Origin: a virus
Taxonomy: Duplodnaviria > Heunggongvirae > Uroviricota > Caudoviricetes
Virus record (IMG/VR): IMGVR_UViG_2563366953_000006
Location: 1 to 42,424 of that record
Direction: 5' to 3' (one strand)
DNA: 42,424 nucleotides
The translations under genes were made by a program, and so were the position numbers. Under the pieces are notes generated by a model that was given only the letters and a program-made list of their open reading frames with translations, did no database searches and was not told where the DNA came from. Below, one piece after another: positions 39,023 to 42,424 of the stretch. Position 1 is the stretch's first letter; each line of letters begins with the position of its first letter.

Positions 39023-39234
39023 GCGTGATAAAAACTCATACAGGAATTGTTATCACCCGAGACGGTGAAAAGCGGATGAAATTACATTCCACTGAAACGT
39101 CCTGGGTTGCCGGACGTTGTGAATCCTACGACAAAAAGACTGGTTACCGTTGGGGGGCACCTAACATGCGTCGCCGTCTGCTACTGGACAGCATCAGGCC
39201 AATAAAACAGGTAGCAACCAGGGAACAAAATTAA
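39019..39234 (+). CDS. Hypothetical small protein
   Basis: 71 aa, ATGA-coupled to the upstream gene. Confidence 0.4.
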   Translation: MSVIKTHTGIVITRDGEKRMKLHSTETSWVAGRCESYDKKTGYRWGAPNMRRRLLLDSIRPIKQVATREQN

Positions 39235-39293
39235 TTATCAGGACTGGAATTTGATATTACTGCCCGTGTGCAGCGGGCTAAGTGGAGAAACAT

Positions 39294-39500
39294 ATGCTGA
39301 ACCTCGATTGTGTTCCAATCTCAACTTATTGCAAAGAAACTGGCGAAACTCCTGAAGCAATAAACAAACGTGTACAGCGCGGTGTTTGGCGTGAAGGTGT
39401 TCAGGTTTTAAAGGTTGAAGGCGTTAAGGAGAGGTGGATTGATCTTAGTGAGGTTGCAAAATGGGCCAGACAAAACTGCTCAAACTACCGCGCGGCGTAA
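39294..39500 (+). CDS. Excisionase-like protein (Xis)
   Basis: 68-aa protein immediately upstream of and overlapping the integrase; the EAINKRVQRGVWREGVQ segment resembles lambda Xis ETVRRWVRE; GGAG RBS. Confidence 0.5.
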   Translation: MLNLDCVPISTYCKETGETPEAINKRVQRGVWREGVQVLKVEGVKERWIDLSEVAKWARQNCSNYRAA

Positions 39501-40633
39501 CAATCAGGAAACACCGCCTGGGCGAAACGATCAATATAACTTTCACCTATAAAGGAGTTAAATGTCGTGAGCCTCTTTCCAATCTGGAAGTAATACCAAA
39601 GAACATAAAATACGCCGAGCGCACACTCGGCGAAATTCATAATAAGATCGAAAGGGGAACATTCATTTATGCGGAATATTTTCCCCGTTCTGCTCGTTTG
39701 AAAATTTTTGGTAATGCTGCTGCAGGCAAAACGGTAAAAATGTACCTGGACGAATACCTTGAAATCTGCGAAACGAGAAAACTTTCACCCTCTACGATTG
39801 GTGGTTATAAAAAATGCCGTAGTGCGTTAGCCTCACTCCACATTTGCCCTGCAAGTGAATTAACACCAGCAATCCTGAAAGCGTGGATTCAAAGCCAGAA
39901 AACGACCTTAAAAACAATTCGCAACCAGTTATCTTTCCTGCGGTCAGCACTTGATGAAGCCGTAACCGATGGGGTACTTCAAATTAACCCCGTATCGTTG
40001 GTAACTGCTTCGCGCTACCAAAGTGATAAGTCAGAAGCAGAAAGCAGCTACGTGGTTGATCCGCTATCACCAGCAGAAGTTGATGCATTACTAGCAGCAG
40101 CCGGAAACAAACAATGGGAAAATCTGTTCCGGTTCGCTATACATACAGGCCTGCGTAGTTCTGAATTATGTGCCCTTCGATGGCGTGATATCGACTTTGT
40201 TGGAAAAACTGCCCATGTCCAGAGCGCAAGTGTTGTCGGTGTTATCAAAGGGACAAAGACAAAAGCAGGTACTCGGAAAGTTGAACTGACAGAAGAGGCA
40301 ATGTTGGCGCTGATAAATCAGAAGCCATTTACATTCATGAAGGATGCTACTGTCTTTGAAGATCCAAAGACCAATAAGCCTTGGGCAAGTGCTGATGCAA
40401 TTAGGAAAAAAGCATGGGTGCCAACATTGCGAAAAGCAGGTATTCGTTACAGAAACCCATATCAAACCAGGCATACATTCGCCACCAGCCATATCAGCCG
40501 AGGAGCAAACCTGTTTTGGCTTGCAGCTCAAATGGGGCATAAAGGGCCGGAGATGCTTTTCAGGCACTATGGTTCGTATCTTAAAGAGTATGATAACTTT
40601 ACATCGATAAATCATTTGCATAATCATAATTAA
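39461..40633 (+). CDS. Tyrosine site-specific integrase (phage integrase family)
   Basis: 390 aa; C-terminal catalytic residues in TGLRSSELCALRW..., YQTRHTFAT and MGHKGPEMLFRHYGSYL (R...H..R...Y); adjacent to the right repeat. Confidence 0.9.
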   Translation: MGQTKLLKLPRGVTIRKHRLGETINITFTYKGVKCREPLSNLEVIPKNIKYAERTLGEIHNKIERGTFIYAEYFPRSARLKIFGNAAAGKTVKMYLDEYLEICETRKLSPSTIGGYKKCRSALASLHICPASELTPAILKAWIQSQKTTLKTIRNQLSFLRSALDEAVTDGVLQINPVSLVTASRYQSDKSEAESSYVVDPLSPAEVDALLAAAGNKQWENLFRFAIHTGLRSSELCALRWRDIDFVGKTAHVQSASVVGVIKGTKTKAGTRKVELTEEAMLALINQKPFTFMKDATVFEDPKTNKPWASADAIRKKAWVPTLRKAGIRYRNPYQTRHTFATSHISRGANLFWLAAQMGHKGPEMLFRHYGSYLKEYDNFTSINHLHNHN

Positions 40634-40640
40634 TATTTAA

Positions 40641-40670
40641 TAATCCCCGCATTTTTAAAATCGGGGATTT
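40641..40670 (+). terminator. Hairpin downstream of int (possible terminator or int-binding arm site)
   Basis: ATCCCCG-CATTTTTAAAAT-CGGGGAT inverted repeat. Confidence 0.35.
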
Positions 40671-40674
40671 AAAG

Positions 40675-41454
40675 TTGATTACAATTACATTCGACAAACT
40701 AATCACCTACATATCTTCAGTTGGTACTTTCATTTCAGCAATTGCTGCATTATATGCAATATGGTTAACGATATTTCAAAGAAGGCTCTCTTATAAACCC
40801 AATTTAGTGATAGACACTTTAAATGTCAAGATGAATGTTAACGATTTCAACGGTTTTCATGTTGATATCTTACAAGCCCCTACGCTTCCACAAACAAAAT
40901 TTTCAAACATAGGATTGGGGGCGGCAATTTCACTTAGATATCATTGGGATTTTAATTATAAAAAAAACATAAATCTATACTTAGAGTTGTTTTCGAAAAA
41001 ATTCAAAAAAGAAGATAAATCTTTTACAACCGACTCCCAGTATGGAATGTTCAAAATAATAAAAGAAAGAAAAGTATATATGTACAATACTTTATCGACA
41101 CCTTACGATATTGATTTTTCGTTACCATATAGTATAGATAAGAAGTCAAAAAACATTTTTGTACCAACCGCGGCAATTGATATTCTATTGAATATAGCAT
41201 ATCTTTCACATAGACTTAAATTAGTCGGTTCTTCATCATTCACTGGTCCAAAATTAATTATTGAATATCAAGATATAGAGGGTAAAACTAAAAAAGTCAC
41301 TTGGCAAACAAAATTGGAACGTGGAGTGGCACGTTTCAGTGGTGATAATATGGAGGCAGATTTTGCACTACGGTTTACACCTGTACCAGAGAAATGGACT
41401 ACAAAAGGTCTAGAGAAGATACGCAAAAGCGCCGCAAACGCCATGTTCAGATAA
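40675..41454 (+). CDS. AT-rich cargo gene: hypothetical 259-aa protein with N-terminal TM anchor
   Basis: Lies between int and the right repeat; very AT-rich; apparent TTG start; N-terminal hydrophobic helix ITYISSVGTFISAIAALYAIWLTIF; no recognised domain. Confidence 0.5.
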   Translation: MITITFDKLITYISSVGTFISAIAALYAIWLTIFQRRLSYKPNLVIDTLNVKMNVNDFNGFHVDILQAPTLPQTKFSNIGLGAAISLRYHWDFNYKKNINLYLELFSKKFKKEDKSFTTDSQYGMFKIIKERKVYMYNTLSTPYDIDFSLPYSIDKKSKNIFVPTAAIDILLNIAYLSHRLKLVGSSSFTGPKLIIEYQDIEGKTKKVTWQTKLERGVARFSGDNMEADFALRFTPVPEKWTTKGLEKIRKSAANAMFR

Positions 41455-41488
41455 ATATATAATTAAAACAACAGGTTAATATTTTTCA

Positions 41489-41655
41489 GACACGGGTTCA
41501 ACTCCCGCCAGCTCCACCAATCATGATTGAACGGTGCAAGGACAACACCAACAAAAACAGGAAGTTAGAAGTCTCAGCAAGACACCGACCAGACGGTGAG
41601 GAGACAAAAAAGGATACGCAAAGGAGCCGCGGCTCCTGGTGACATGAAAGCCCAC
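41489..41655. repeat. Right copy of imperfect direct repeat (attR-like), carrying a partial duplicate of the ssrA 3' end
   Basis: Direct repeat of 372..539 with about 10 mismatches; lies just downstream of the integrase and the AT-rich cargo gene. Confidence 0.8.
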
Positions 41656-41671
41656 AGATGTGCAATGCCGT

Positions 41672-42424
41672 TCACTTAAGCGGAGCGGTGCTGCGTTTCA
41701 CCGGATAACGGGTTTTTGATATCTTAACTGCCCTCGGCCTTGATGGTCGGGGGCGTTTTGTTATGAACACAACTTCCAGAGCACCCCGCAGATGCTCCAG
41801 TCGTTTCGGGATGGTCCCCGGTGATGCCGTATTTCCCAGCACTATCATTTCTGTCGCGATAAACTGGAACGCGAACTTAAAGCTGATTTCTGACGCCGCT
41901 TTTTTGTGTTTCTCAGCCGCTTTTGTTGCCTCACGCCGTATCAGGTTGTAAGCCAGCAACATGCCCCACACCTCCTGTTCCAGCAGCTCAACCTTACGGC
42001 TTCTCAGCACCAGGGCATTGTTCAGCAGGCTGCTTTTCAGGTTTCTGAACCCGACTTCGATTTCCCATCGTGAATGGTAAAGTTCCGCTACCTCTTTTGC
42101 TTTGTAGCGGTCTGCCGGGAGTGATGTCAGCACCGTTTTCTCCACACCTTTCACCTCATAAGTCACCGCCCGGGCGTACCAGAACTCTGGCAGTGCAGGA
42201 TTCTTTTTCCTCGCCTGCAGCGACACCTTCAGTTTCAGAAGCCTGTCTCCGGGACCGTAACTTTCTTCTGTTTCTGCCGCGATATTCTTCCACGCAGGCA
42301 GTAGCCAGTGGCGGTTACAACCCTGCTGGTTCAGCGTCAGCAGCAGGTCTGCGCTGTAAAAGAGCTTGTCAAACAGCGTAATGGAGTTATCCGGGATGGT
42401 GGCGAGCATGGAGTGAGCCAGCAC
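41672..42424 (-). CDS. IS4-family DDE transposase, C-terminal part (5' end lies beyond the window)
   Basis: C-terminal YHSRWEIEVGFRNLKSSL matches the IS4-family Y-(2)-R-(3)-E-(6)-K signature; the ORF runs off the window edge. Confidence 0.7.
   Translation of the reverse strand: MLAHSMLATIPDNSITLFDKLFYSADLLLTLNQQGCNRHWLLPAWKNIAAETEESYGPGDRLLKLKVSLQARKKNPALPEFWYARAVTYEVKGVEKTVLTSLPADRYKAKEVAELYHSRWEIEVGFRNLKSSLLNNALVLRSRKVELLEQEVWGMLLAYNLIRREATKAAEKHKKAASEISFKFAFQFIATEMIVLGNTASPGTIPKRLEHLRGALEVVFITKRPRPSRPRAVKISKTRYPVKRSTAPLK

Noticed and set aside
41489-41520. Second tmRNA gene at the right end
   Set aside because: Only the last ~30 nt of ssrA are duplicated (with mismatches); it is an att-site remnant, not a functional RNA gene.

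Overview
This window is an enterobacterial chromosome segment containing a complete tmRNA gene (ssrA, about 40..402) followed by a roughly 41 kb prophage integrated at its 3' end. The element is bounded by imperfect ~167 bp direct repeats (372..539 and 41489..41655), and a truncated IS4-family transposase lies just beyond the right repeat. The prophage is mosaic, with all late genes on the minus strand: small and large terminase with an HNH endonuclease, an HK97-type portal/protease/capsid head module, and a Mu-like contractile tail module. The tail module ends in a Gin/Pin-type invertible tail-fibre segment (about 5157..7103) with its invertase. The lysis cassette (holin, lambda-R-like endolysin, Rz with embedded Rz1) and a lambdoid-style early region are also present: antiterminator Q, DUF968, KilA-N, RusA, a LexA-DBD-only protein, a phage Dam methylase, a replication initiator with internal iterons, divergent cI/cro, CPS-53-like yfdP/Q/R/S/T-type genes, xis and int. 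Cargo includes an EcoRII-like restriction-modification pair, a GIY-YIG nuclease-domain gene, and several AT-rich orphan genes. The most interesting of these is a two-gene plus-strand cassette (27193..28605) inserted antisense between Q and the lysis genes: a 313-aa soluble protein followed by a 4-TM membrane protein, an architecture typical of abortive-infection systems. All identifications come from reading the sequence and recalling protein families; no database search was run, and hand-counted coordinates (RNA gene, repeats, hairpins) may be off by a few bases.
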